From: Eremomyces bilateralis CBS 781.70
Lineage: Eukaryota
Strand: one strand, 5' to 3'
NCBI GenBank assembly: GCA_010015585.1
Contig: ML975160.1
DNA: 64,000 nucleotides
Positions 25,143-35,152 of this stretch are shown here, piece by piece. Each line of letters begins with the position of its first letter. Position 1 is the stretch's first letter. The translations under genes were made by a program, and so were the position numbers. The notes under the pieces are model-generated. The model had not been told where the DNA came from, did not search any database, and saw only the letters and a program-made list of their open reading frames with translations.

Positions 25143-25294
25143 GCAAACAGGCGTTACACAGGCAGAGACCCTTTTGGTTCGGGGGCGACTGTGGACAAGC
25201 TAAGTGCAGATGGCACAGCTCAGAAAACTGTGGCAGGAGTCTGGATAGGCAGACTGGTGAAACCTGCGATTGTATACAAACACAATATAATGTC
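25143..25294 (+). repeat. 152-bp direct repeat, copy 2, truncated by the LINE junction
   Basis: See copy 1. Carries ACCTGCG (25262-68), a full 7-bp partner (one G.U) for the ribozyme P1 3' strand. Confidence 0.95.
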
Positions 25295-26580
25295 GTGTCC
25301 CTCTCATGGAAGGACCATATCCTCCGGGCAATACAGAGGGGACTTAAGGCCTTCGACTCCCTGGCGAGGGTAACTTCATCGGTATGGGGACCATCCGTCC
25401 GGAAATCGAGGCTGCTCTACACAGCGGTTGCACGGCCCATTATGACATACGGCGCCCCTATTTGGGGAGTCTGTCAGCAGGGTGAGCCAATCTCTGAAGG
25501 CAAAATGAAGGACCTAGCCAAGGTTCAGAACAAGTGTCTACGAAAGATCCTAGGGGCTTACAAACGGACACCAATCGCCGCACTTGAGAGAGAGGCGGAC
25601 GTTCCCCCAATCGAACTCTACGTCCAAGAACGGGCCGCCCAAAGAGCAGCATCGACGAACACCCACCAGGTCACTACCCAGATTGAGGGAGCCCTGACGC
25701 AAGTCTGGGATGCTGCTTCTGCTCCCCCGAGACGAACTCGAGGCCGACCCCGCCGTATCCGGTCTAAACCTGAACCCGCGATGTGTACGCTTCGGACCCA
25801 GTATGACAGACTTCTGTTCCCCCGGCCCGAACCAATTAGAGGATATCAGACACAACAGCGAAAAGGCCCGTACCGGATGATCCAGGACGAGTATCGAGCG
25901 AAATGGAGGGAGAGATGGCAAGCCGAAGCGGCCAGAACAGGAAGGAGAGCAAGGACATGGAAGGACCCGTGGGAAACCCAGTGCCTTAACCGGTACGACG
26001 GCCTTCAGAAACACGAGGCCTCGGCGCTCATGGCACTACGGACTGAGGTAGTTGGAGTTAAAGGATGGCTCGCGAAACTTGGTGTCCCTGGAATCTACCC
26101 AGCGTGTGAGTGCGGTGCCCCCCGACAGTCTCTCTACCACCTCCTTGCATTTTGCCCGCAGCGGACCGACCAGAGGATCGCGCTCCTCCAACGTGCTGGA
26201 ACAACGGACTTTAAGAGGATATTGCATGACAGGGACAAGGTGCGCCACGCAGCAAGGTGGCTGATCAATGCGGGAGGCCTAGAGCAATACCGGGTGGCCA
26301 AGGAAGTTGAGGAGGAGGTAATAGAGGACTGGAAACCGTTCCAGCTCCTCCACGACGTGCCAGAATAAGCTCTCCGCGTAGGCGGAAACACCAACTCGTA
26401 CGGATAGATGATAAATGTTTGAGATAGTCTACTAAAGGGAGGAGGCGGGATTTTATATACCCGCAGCCTCAGGGCTACGGGGAAACTTTTGCCCGCGGCA
26501 GACCAGATAGAATGCCGTGCTCATAGACCCGAAAGGGATCCAGATAGTACGATAAATTGATTCTTATTATTATTATTAAT
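25295..26580 (+). mobile_element. 5'-truncated non-LTR retrotransposon (Tad1-like LINE), 3' end
   Basis: Open frame from LSWKDHI (RT thumb), then LLYTAVARPIMTYGAPIW, VQNKCLRKILGAYKRTP..ALEREADVPPI and CCHC finger CECGAPRQSLYHLLAFC. Stop at 26368, ~190-bp 3' UTR and (TTA)5 tail at 26564-26578. Confidence 0.92.
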
Positions 26581-26925
26581 ACGCCTAAAGGCCCCAAGGA
26601 TATCTATATCCAAAAATTTGGCGGAATGTCGGCGCAGGATTTCAGGGGGTTTCAGGGGAAACTGGCCAAGTCACCTTCGGAGAAGCATGCCGAAATAGCA
26701 GCGCTCAAATCCGAAGTTGCGAGGCATTCAAAAACAGTGGAAGATCTAGGCGGAGCTACTAAGAAAAGAAAACGAGTCCAAGTTGATCAAAATGGGCGAT
26801 TTGTCTCAATTGATCAAATTGTTGCGGCTTAGGAGGCGGCCAAACAAGCGGACTGACAGCTGTTCAAAGGAAGGTCACTTTTAACGCGGAAGAAACATCT
26901 CGACAATTTCAAGAGGCAGATTTCA
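26581..26925 (+). pseudogene. Fot1-like transposase, C-terminal remnant
   Basis: TPKGPKDIY..EIAALKSEV..KKRKRVQVDQNGRFVSIDQIVAA*, typical of Fot1/Pot2 C-termini; lies just inside the right TIR. Confidence 0.8.
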
Positions 26926-27779
26926 TGTCTCTTTGCTCACAATTACAATTATATATCTAGATAAATTATCGTTGTTGAGATACTGTCTGGAATCTACAGC
27001 TATACGATCTGTTTTCCACTGTTTTGGGCATTCTGGTGGAGTGACCACACTGTAGGTTGGCCACAAAGCAGCTGAGGGGTGCTGTCTTATCCATGTATCT
27101 GGATATCCATACGCCAATGACACCACTGATGACAAAGTCCGCCTCCTTGAGTTAGTTATTATGTTCTTAGTTTCGTTGCATCTGTCACATATAGTAGTTA
27201 GACAACACCACATTATACTTCCCTTGCTTTATAAGTTTTATACTTTGTGATATGTCCCGAGATCATATAGTTGCTGCAGCCGAATAAGTATAGAGGGCGT
27301 TCGACGTCACTGGAGTAATAAAGGGAGTGTCCCCTCTAGCTGTGCAACCGTGCCAATGACTGTAGAATAGTGAGTTATGGGAGAAGAAGTAGGGCACAGG
27401 ATATCTCGGGATGGCGGAGAGTGGGTGGGGAGCGCATAACTTCGGAAGAGAGCATGTGAAGGATCATGGGAGTTCCATTTAAGGTGTAATTTTGATCAGT
27501 GGACAAACAGTTGCTGAAAAGGATATTTTCGCTTCGCAGTAGAAAGTAAGAAATATAATTAAGTCGTGATATTATAGAACTAGCATAGTATAGAGTATGG
27601 GATACAAAATATGGATAGCGGCTGGGGAAAATGTGAATGGCAATCCAACAACACCGTGGATCATGCCCAATTTCGTACAGAATATTGATAGACCCATAGA
27701 GGGAGGAAAATCTCCGCTAAACTCGCTAGATCTTGAATTGAAAGCCAAAATCGGAATCATCAACAGTTCGCACACTGTA

Positions 27780-30700
27780 TCAATCATCGTCCGAGCTCGT
27801 GGTGTCGCTATCCTCGTCCTTTGGGCGGCTATCCCTCCAACTGGGGGGCTTGCTCCGCCCACCTCTGGGTGCTTCCCGTCTCGCAGCGCTGCCGCCACTG
27901 AACGTTGCCGGCTCCTCATCATCTTCATCCCTGGCATCATCAAACCGTCGTGGTCTCCCATATCCGCTGCGCGGCCCGTGAGATGCACCGGCGATTGTCA
28001 TCCCGGGGTTTGGCCTCGAGTCACGGTAATCCATACGGATCTGGTTCGTGCGTGCTCGAGCAGACTCATCTTTCCCACCGAAGAGGTCTGTGATGTATTG
28101 ATCGAAGCCTTCAGCGACCTTTGCAACTTTCTCGAAATGCTTTTTTCGCAGGATAAGTCGCTTTTCTTTGCCTTCGGTGGCATTCGAGTTTTTCAAATTA
28201 CGTGACTGGTCTGAACGACTATCCCATTCTGCAAGAGCGACTGCCGTCTCGAATGCATTTTGAATTTGCCTGAGTAGAAAGGATTAGCGAGATATTCCAC
28301 ACTGAGAATGTAAATGTTGTAGGTCTGGGGGGCGGAGGGGACGAAAGCGGGGGGCAAAGGGAGAGTCATGGATTGATAAAACTGACCTCCCGTTCCACTG
28401 CCGTCGCTTCTCTGAACTTGCAATATAATGTTGCTCGGCCCAATCAAGGATCTCGTTTGTTTTAACCTTGGGTTTCGAACCCGATTTCGTCTTGCGACCC
28501 TCAAAGCCCCTGACTACACGATCCAGACGATTTTGGTAGATTTGCATAGTGGTATCAAGGTCAAGCGGCTTGTACTCGAGAGTCACATGAATTCTGGACT
28601 TGAAGCCTGCGTCGATGTCTCCAACCCGATTTGTAGTCAAGAACAAGATTCCCTGGCAAAAAAATGTCAGTAAGTAGGCCTAGGACCCACGGAAACGCGG
28701 ACTGACATTGTAGTACTCAAGCTGCCGAAGGAAAACTGTTTGGACTGATCAGCAGAACTCCTTGCGTTGCTTTGGGTCCCCTTACCTGATACGATGGCAT
28801 TAATATTGATTTGGTTCGCAACCCGCCGTTGCAAGAAGACGTCCGCTTCGTCGAGCAGAAGAACACATCCCCACTTGTCAGCAAGGCTGAAATGCCACCT
28901 CAGATTGTCCTCCACCTTCTCTGGAGACGTGCCCAGGTTGCCGGAGGTCAAAGAATATAGTGGTTTTCCGACTCGCGCCGTGATGCATTCCACGGTACTC
29001 GTCTTTCCTATCCCAGGGGGGCCGTGCAATAGGAAAACCAAACCCCTTCCTTTGGACGATATGAAATCACCGAACGTGCTGTCAGCGCCCCGGCCACCAT
29101 TGACTGCTTCTTCGCGGGCCAAATGTTGACGGACGAGGGCCTCCACAGTCTCTTTGTGATCCGCAGGAAGGACAAGGTCATCCCAGGGGTCGTATGCGGT
29201 TGGGCTTTGCAAGTTCTTTTCCGAGGTGCTAATAATCGCCCATTTCCTTGTGACCAAAAGATAAGCATAGACACGATCAGGAAGCAAAATAGCATCCTCA
29301 TCGCCGTCGATCTCCTTCCGCGGTTCGAACAAATGCTTGTTCGGTCGCAAAAAATTCCGCTCGTTCGCCAGGTCCACGGAGAAGTCGTTCTCGACTGGAT
29401 CACCCGTGCAGCAGTTGGCGTAACGGCAGAACCGATTGTCGCTGTACATTTCAGCCCACTCTCGATTATCTTTGGGCTGTTAGCGCTAATTAGGTTATTA
29501 GGGTAAAGGGCACGTACCGTGATCGATGAGGTCCAAGTCCGGGTTCAACTTGATCGGCTCCCAATCCTCTTTCTGCTCAAAGGCCTCTTTGAAGTCAATG
29601 ATGACTTCGGAGTTGATCTGCTCGCCACGCGCATCTTCGTCTAGATTTGGGCCGGCATACCGTCTATGGGTCGTCTTCTTGCTAGCAACGTCCATGAAAA
29701 CTCGTCCTCGGCCCTCAAGTTGATTGCGAAGCGCCGCCCGCTTGGAATCGAAATGCAACGGATACACGGCAAGATCGGTAACTTTCCGTTCCCCTTCATA
29801 TCGCTGAATGCCAAATGTCTTTCCCTGGGGAATGTAGACTTCGCCGTCAAATGTGAGTGACCAGCATTGAACTGCGAACGCCCCATACCAATTACCAGGA
29901 CCAAGGGAGTTGGATGGAGGGTTTTTAGGAGGATCAACGACGCTGTATGTAAGTTCTCGACCGCCAGTATAGGTGAGAACTCGATAGATTGCCAGCGATC
30001 CTTGCTCTTGTCCAGCAGCAACAACCTCTTGTCCAATCTGGAACAGATGCCAAAGATCATCGAAAGCAATCGTCTCCAGACTTCCTTCTTGAATTCGGCC
30101 GCGCAAATCCAAGATACTTTTCAGATCTTGATCCATGAACTGCATGAAGAGCTTCATGTGCTCGTATGCCGTTTGGGAATCGATTGTTTCGTCATCGTCA
30201 TCTCCTACGACATTTGTCTCCGGCCCTCCAGGACTGGTCCGTTTCACCGCCGGCGATCCATCGAACTTTGCTTCGAAGACATCAGTCCTATCAATCGGGG
30301 TCTTCGGCCGTTCATATTTCGCTTCGAGATTGCGGAAAGCCTCCCGTATTTTCTGTTCGTTTGTCACGAAGGTCTTGTAAGGACGCAAAAAGACCAATTT
30401 GCCATGCCTTAGGGCCCAGTTACTGTTGGTCACACTTTTCAAAACGGTCAAGAGAGGTTTCGAGCGGATCCTTAATCTTGGAGGAGGCCTTCCAGATTTC
30501 AACCAGCCAGGAGGCGGGGAATGAAAGTCCATCTCCACCGCCCCTTCTGGCTCGTCCGAGATTTGCACATGTTCATTCGGATTCTGCTTGCTCGTCTGTG
30601 CTCTAACCTTTCCGGGCTCTTCTACCAGGATTTCAAGCACCGATCCAGGTGTCGGATCTGGGCGAAAGTTATGAAATCCCGTCTCATTAGGTAATACGGG

Positions 30701-31246
30701 CGCCGGTTTGGGCTTGAACTCATCCCAACCAAGGTAGCGGCTAGCGACTTCATGAACTGGAGGCTGAAATGACTTTGCGCGCTTAGAAACCGGTTTGTCT
30801 TCGCCGCGGATATTGCGTAGCTCTTTCTCCAAAGCTGACACGCGGCTTTCAAGCCTGGCGGCATATCGTACTGATGCTACCGCTCGTCTCATGACCTGCT
30901 CCTGTTTCGTAGTTGAGTCCTCTTTATAGACACTTAGATAAGCTTGCTCGACATCCGACTCACTTTCTGAGCCGGAGACGTCCGAATCAAGTGCGACTAT
31001 CTTGGACTTCCCTGTTCCCGCTCGTTTGGGTGGACGGTCCTCACCGTCAATGGGATCTTCTGTTTTGGCAGGGGATGGAGGGTCATAGGGAGAGGCTGGA
31101 TGGTATGGCTCTGTACTTTCTCTGACGAACGGTTCATTCTGTTCCAACGTTGTCGGCGTCGGCGGGATCACAGCCGTAATTGGAGTAACGGCATCCACAG
31201 GAGAACGAGGCTCCTCAGCCTTCTCCGGGCCCAAGACATCGGCCAT
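27780..31246 (-). CDS. Large fungal AAA+ ATPase (~1065 aa; single C-terminal AAA module, long N-terminal domain)
   Basis: Walker A LLHGPPGIGKT, Walker B VLLLDEADVFL, VFLRQLEYYNGILFLTTNR, FKSRIH and WNGRQIQNAF; N-terminal IAFDDLWHLF. Introns 29470-29517, 28736-28785, 28653-28706 and 28270-28386 give a continuous frame. Confidence 0.92.
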
Positions 31247-32249
31247 CTTGACAGGTTTCTGAGATTGCAGCCAAAAGATCTCCTAATCGCATGAGACACC
31301 CTGTGGAGAATGAACGCCTTTGAGCCTAGAGGGTAAAGGAACGAGATATATCAAACAGTAACCACGACAAGATGGAAGCAAATTGATGGGAGAGATGGAG
31401 GTTGGTGGGGGATCCAATTACCAATCCAAAAGCCTAATGCGGCTGAAATGGAAAGATATCGGGATTCAGGAAGCCTGTGTTCATCAACAGGTTGGAGGGA
31501 GACCGTGTGCTCTGATTGTCCAGTGTCCTGTTCATTGCTGGGGTAGCCACACGCCTCGGGGCGAACAGAGCGGCGCGGACCCCTCCACCTAGATTCCCTC
31601 CAATATCAGAGGCCAAGCTGCTAAAATGGTACAACTTGGAGCTCGCCCCACCGACTGGCATCGATTATTTTGAGGACCATTCAAACTCCGAGTAACCGTA
31701 GTGGCATGAAAGGTTGTCTCAGCCGTAGAGCACGGCTTGCAGCACCCATTTCCGACATTCTGCCGCCTGCCGGTGATATCTTAGGCTTCGAGGGCGATTG
31801 ATGAGGGACGGCGTTGAGGCAATGTAGCCCGTCCGGGTCGGGGCAGCGCGCAGAAACCCGCGATAATCCTCAAAGCTCAAAGCTGGTACACTGGTATGGT
31901 CGGAATGTTCCCGACGCAGCGGATTGGAGTGCAGCATCTCCAGCTGAAGGCTTGGATTTTGGTCTTTTCGGAGCGTTGGGGTGGTGTCGGAGGTTAGCCT
32001 TGTCAACTGGGGCCAATTATGACCCTGTCGTGCCCTGGTGACTATGTACTGCGGTCGTAGTAGTGCCGAGCGGTCAAAAAACGCTCTAATAATTAGCGGA
32101 GGATCTAGCCTTGCTCAACATCGTGCTACTCGCAGGTTTCCCGACGACCTCCGACATCCTCAGCCTCAATCGAACTTTCAAATCGTCCCGATTGCTGTAG
32201 ATCAAGAAGTGACGGCATCCGCCCGACAATGTGAGATAAAATCTCGAGA

Positions 32250-34264
32250 ATGCCGTCTGTCTTCACCACCATGGACACCACCGACCCTCCACGAGAACCG
32301 GGGTTTACGCTATCGAAACGGACCTTGTCTGATACCACCGAGCAGTGGATGTCGCGGCATATCGCCCAACCCAAAGGCATGGATCAGCCGGTATTCGTAC
32401 CAGAGCAAGGCATGTTCGTTACTTCGCAGGAAGCGGTAGTTCTCCGGGAGAAGATGTAAATCATCTCGTCTGGTGTCTGCGCCATGGCCGTTGACGAGCG
32501 TTTAGTGACGGGATATGGAAGGAACCGTACGAGGTAGCTCAAGAGCTGCAAAAGAGAATATCAAAAGCCCAAGGACGATTGAAGAAAACCAACCCTCAGA
32601 TTGCTCTTCGGACAGAGAAGTTCACGTGGAGAAACGTCCACAATCAGATCGATGAGCTGCAGTCCATCTACGAGGAAGAGCGGATGCAAGGGACGGGCGG
32701 ATTTGTAAGACGAGGGCTCAACAAGATAGGCAAAAATGCCTCGACATTCGAGAAATGGCTCAAGCTCGTTCCTCAAAACGAGTCCTACGCAGCCCCTATC
32801 ACCGGCGCCTTCCAAGTCGTCCTGAGCATGGGAAGGAGGATGCACGAAGTCCGCCGGGAGATTTTCGATGCGCTGGTTGAAATCCCCGAATTGTTCGAGG
32901 GCATCGATCGTTGGATTAAATTGTATGGACAATTGGACGATGACCTGCTGATGAAGACGGCATCCAACCTTTGTGCTGAGATCCTGCGAGTTTTGTGCGA
33001 GATCGTTTCTCATTTCGGGGAGTCGCACGGCAAGAAATTTATGCAGGTTACCTTCAAAATTGATAGCTACGAGAGACGCCTGAGCTATCATGTTGAGGAC
33101 ATGCGAAAGGCTCATGGGCGTTTCAAGAATGCCATCGAAGCTTGCAGTGGAAAGCTTCTCGGAGCGACATACGATATCTCCTATCTGACGAACTCGAGAA
33201 TCGCACAGATTAGCGAAAGACAAGAGCATCTCATACAAAGTAAGTGACATCGAAAGCATTGTTATTCTTGACTGACATCCCAAGTTACTATGCAAACCAT
33301 GCAGTTGCTGCAAGATCCGGAAAAATTGAGTGAAGAGAGTAGGAGGAATGTCGTACTCAGCGCGTTCCATCGCCAACTTTGTGAAAACGCGGTTGATTCC
33401 TCAAGAGAGAAAGAGAACGTACAGGAGCCCGAGAAATCAAGAAGTATGGGAAAGGAGAAGAACATGAAGCGCATCAAATTGGCGCATATCCCTGAATTCG
33501 ATCCAGAAGTTGGTCACAGACACATTAAACTCTGTCGGCACAATTCCGAAGTCACTCAAGATGATGACATGGAAAGACTTGGGTGGGTCAAGAGATCAGA
33601 AATGTTCCGATCCTTCCTTATAGACCGGAGATCCGGGTATCTCCTCATCGAAGGTAATATGCGCGACGATCGAGTCTGTCATCAGTCATCGCTATCGCTC
33701 CTGATTGCTGAAATGGCGGAGCTTCTCGAGATCGTCCGCCCAACGGTGTTTGTAACCCATTTCTGCGGCCTGCACGCCCAGGAACCAGGTTGCTTCCGAG
33801 ACATTCGAGATTTGCTGATCGAGTTCATCGGCCAGCTGCTTATGAAATGGGATACTGGAGCGTTTGGGAAGCCACTAGTTGAAGGGGACCTGAAGAGCAA
33901 GCTGGAGTCGAGGGATCATGACGTCCTTGTCCAGGTCTTCATCACTCTGCTCTCCAAGGTCCCTAAACCATGGACAATATTCTTGTTCATCGATGCGATC
34001 GACATGTACGAAACCCCTGAACGACTAAACGACACCATGGTGGTCATTCGCGAACTCCTGGATTTGGTCGAGACCGAGGCACGGAGAAAGAAGTCTCGAA
34101 CGATCAAATTGCTCGTTACCGCTCCAGCAAGCACGATTGAGGTTGGCAACGAATTCGAAGCCAGGGAAGGACAATCGCGACTGATGGTTCCTGACGCACT
34201 TGATGAGAGTATGATGGACGATGTTGGGCTGGTGGATATGGTTCACAGCGTAGGTCTTGGTTAA
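32250..34264 (+). CDS. NACHT-like (STAND-type) protein with degenerate P-loop and N-terminal helical domain (~639 aa)
   Basis: Introns 32456-32505 and 33240-33284 join three ORFs in frame. NACHT-like order SGYLLIEGN (no GxxGxGK), THFCGLH, LLIEFIGQLL, IFLFIDAIDMYE, IKLLVTAP. N-terminus has WLKLVPQNESYAAPITGAF. Confidence 0.75.
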
Positions 34265-35152
34265 GGGACTATTGCAGTCAGCCCAGTGTAATGGAAAACA
34301 TTAGCGCGGAGTTTTGGAATGGCCATTCTGGAGACATGAGCACTGTAACTATTACGTATTTAGCCTATCCTCTTACCTATTCCAGCCATTCTAACGATGA
34401 ATAAATCGGCTACCCTTCCCATTGTTGGGCTCACTGGATTGAGCAAACAAGGTTGGGTTCCCTGGGGGAAGTGTTACGGCATCCTTCCTGCTTACGCAAT
34501 ACCATCGAAGGCCTAGGTACTAATATCTTATTACCATTACTATGAGGAGTAACTATATGATCGATGTATTAGATACTGTATCTCGGAAACCACTTCCCGT
34601 ATGTTGGCAGGAGCTATAACTCCAAAAGGGGTTAGAGGAGTTTGGATGGCTGTTGCAATTGGTCAGTTTGGGTAGCGTGGCAAAAGAGAACTTCACAGCC
34701 ACACTACTGGTTACGTGGATAGGTCACATTTCATTGGTTCCTGCTGTGGGGTTACAGCCTCACTGCCTTGAGAGGACTGGAGGCTAGTTAACTTCTTCTG
34801 ATTAAGCCGGTATTCCGGAATGATTGCTATCAGGGTGGTTCTGCAGTGTTTGTTAGGTGGCGAAGTCAATAACAATCTGTGTAGACCGCCGGAGTACCTA
34901 AGTTGATATTCGGTAATAATACGTACATGTATCTCGTATTTGTCTGGTAAGCGGCCGAACTTTCCACCTCAGCCTGATATGCCAGCGGCTCCCTTTTCCG
35001 TTGATTGCGTACCACTCCCGATCCTCAGGCACACCACTTTACCGCTTCCTCCCCTCCCCTCCATTCCCTATTGTTCCTATTCCTCCAGCATCTCCCTGAA
35101 TCTCTTCTCATATGGTTTCGAGAGCTCCTAACCCACAATCATATCATTCAGA

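Larger units (their letters stand above)
23933..25294 (+). mobile_element. Non-coding, structured element with 152-bp terminal direct repeats and an HDV-like ribozyme (retrozyme-like)
   Basis: Direct repeats 1210 bp apart, many local hairpins, no credible ORF, and a ribozyme fold starting inside repeat 1. Confidence 0.65.
22910..27087 (+). mobile_element. Decayed Fot1/pogo-family (Tc1/mariner superfamily) DNA transposon, interrupted by a nested insert
   Basis: Imperfect ~45-50 bp TIRs: AGACAGCACTCCTGCTTTGTGGCCAACCCACATTGTGG at 22910 and the reverse complement ending at 27087. Flanking TA dinucleotides at 22908-22909 and 27088-27089. Transposase remnants lie inside. Confidence 0.9.

Noticed and set aside
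25004..25294. N-terminal ~97 aa of the 454-aa ORF 25004-26368, and the C-terminal part of ORF 23555-24211
   Set aside because: These are chance read-through across element junctions. The same repeat is read in different frames in the two copies, so it is not coding.
26491..26497. GCCCGCG in the LINE 3' UTR is a 7-bp complement (one G.U) of the ribozyme P1 3' strand CGCGGGT
   Set aside because: It lies 2.4 kb downstream, on the wrong side for cis topology; a 7-mer match is expected by chance; and a local P1 partner exists.
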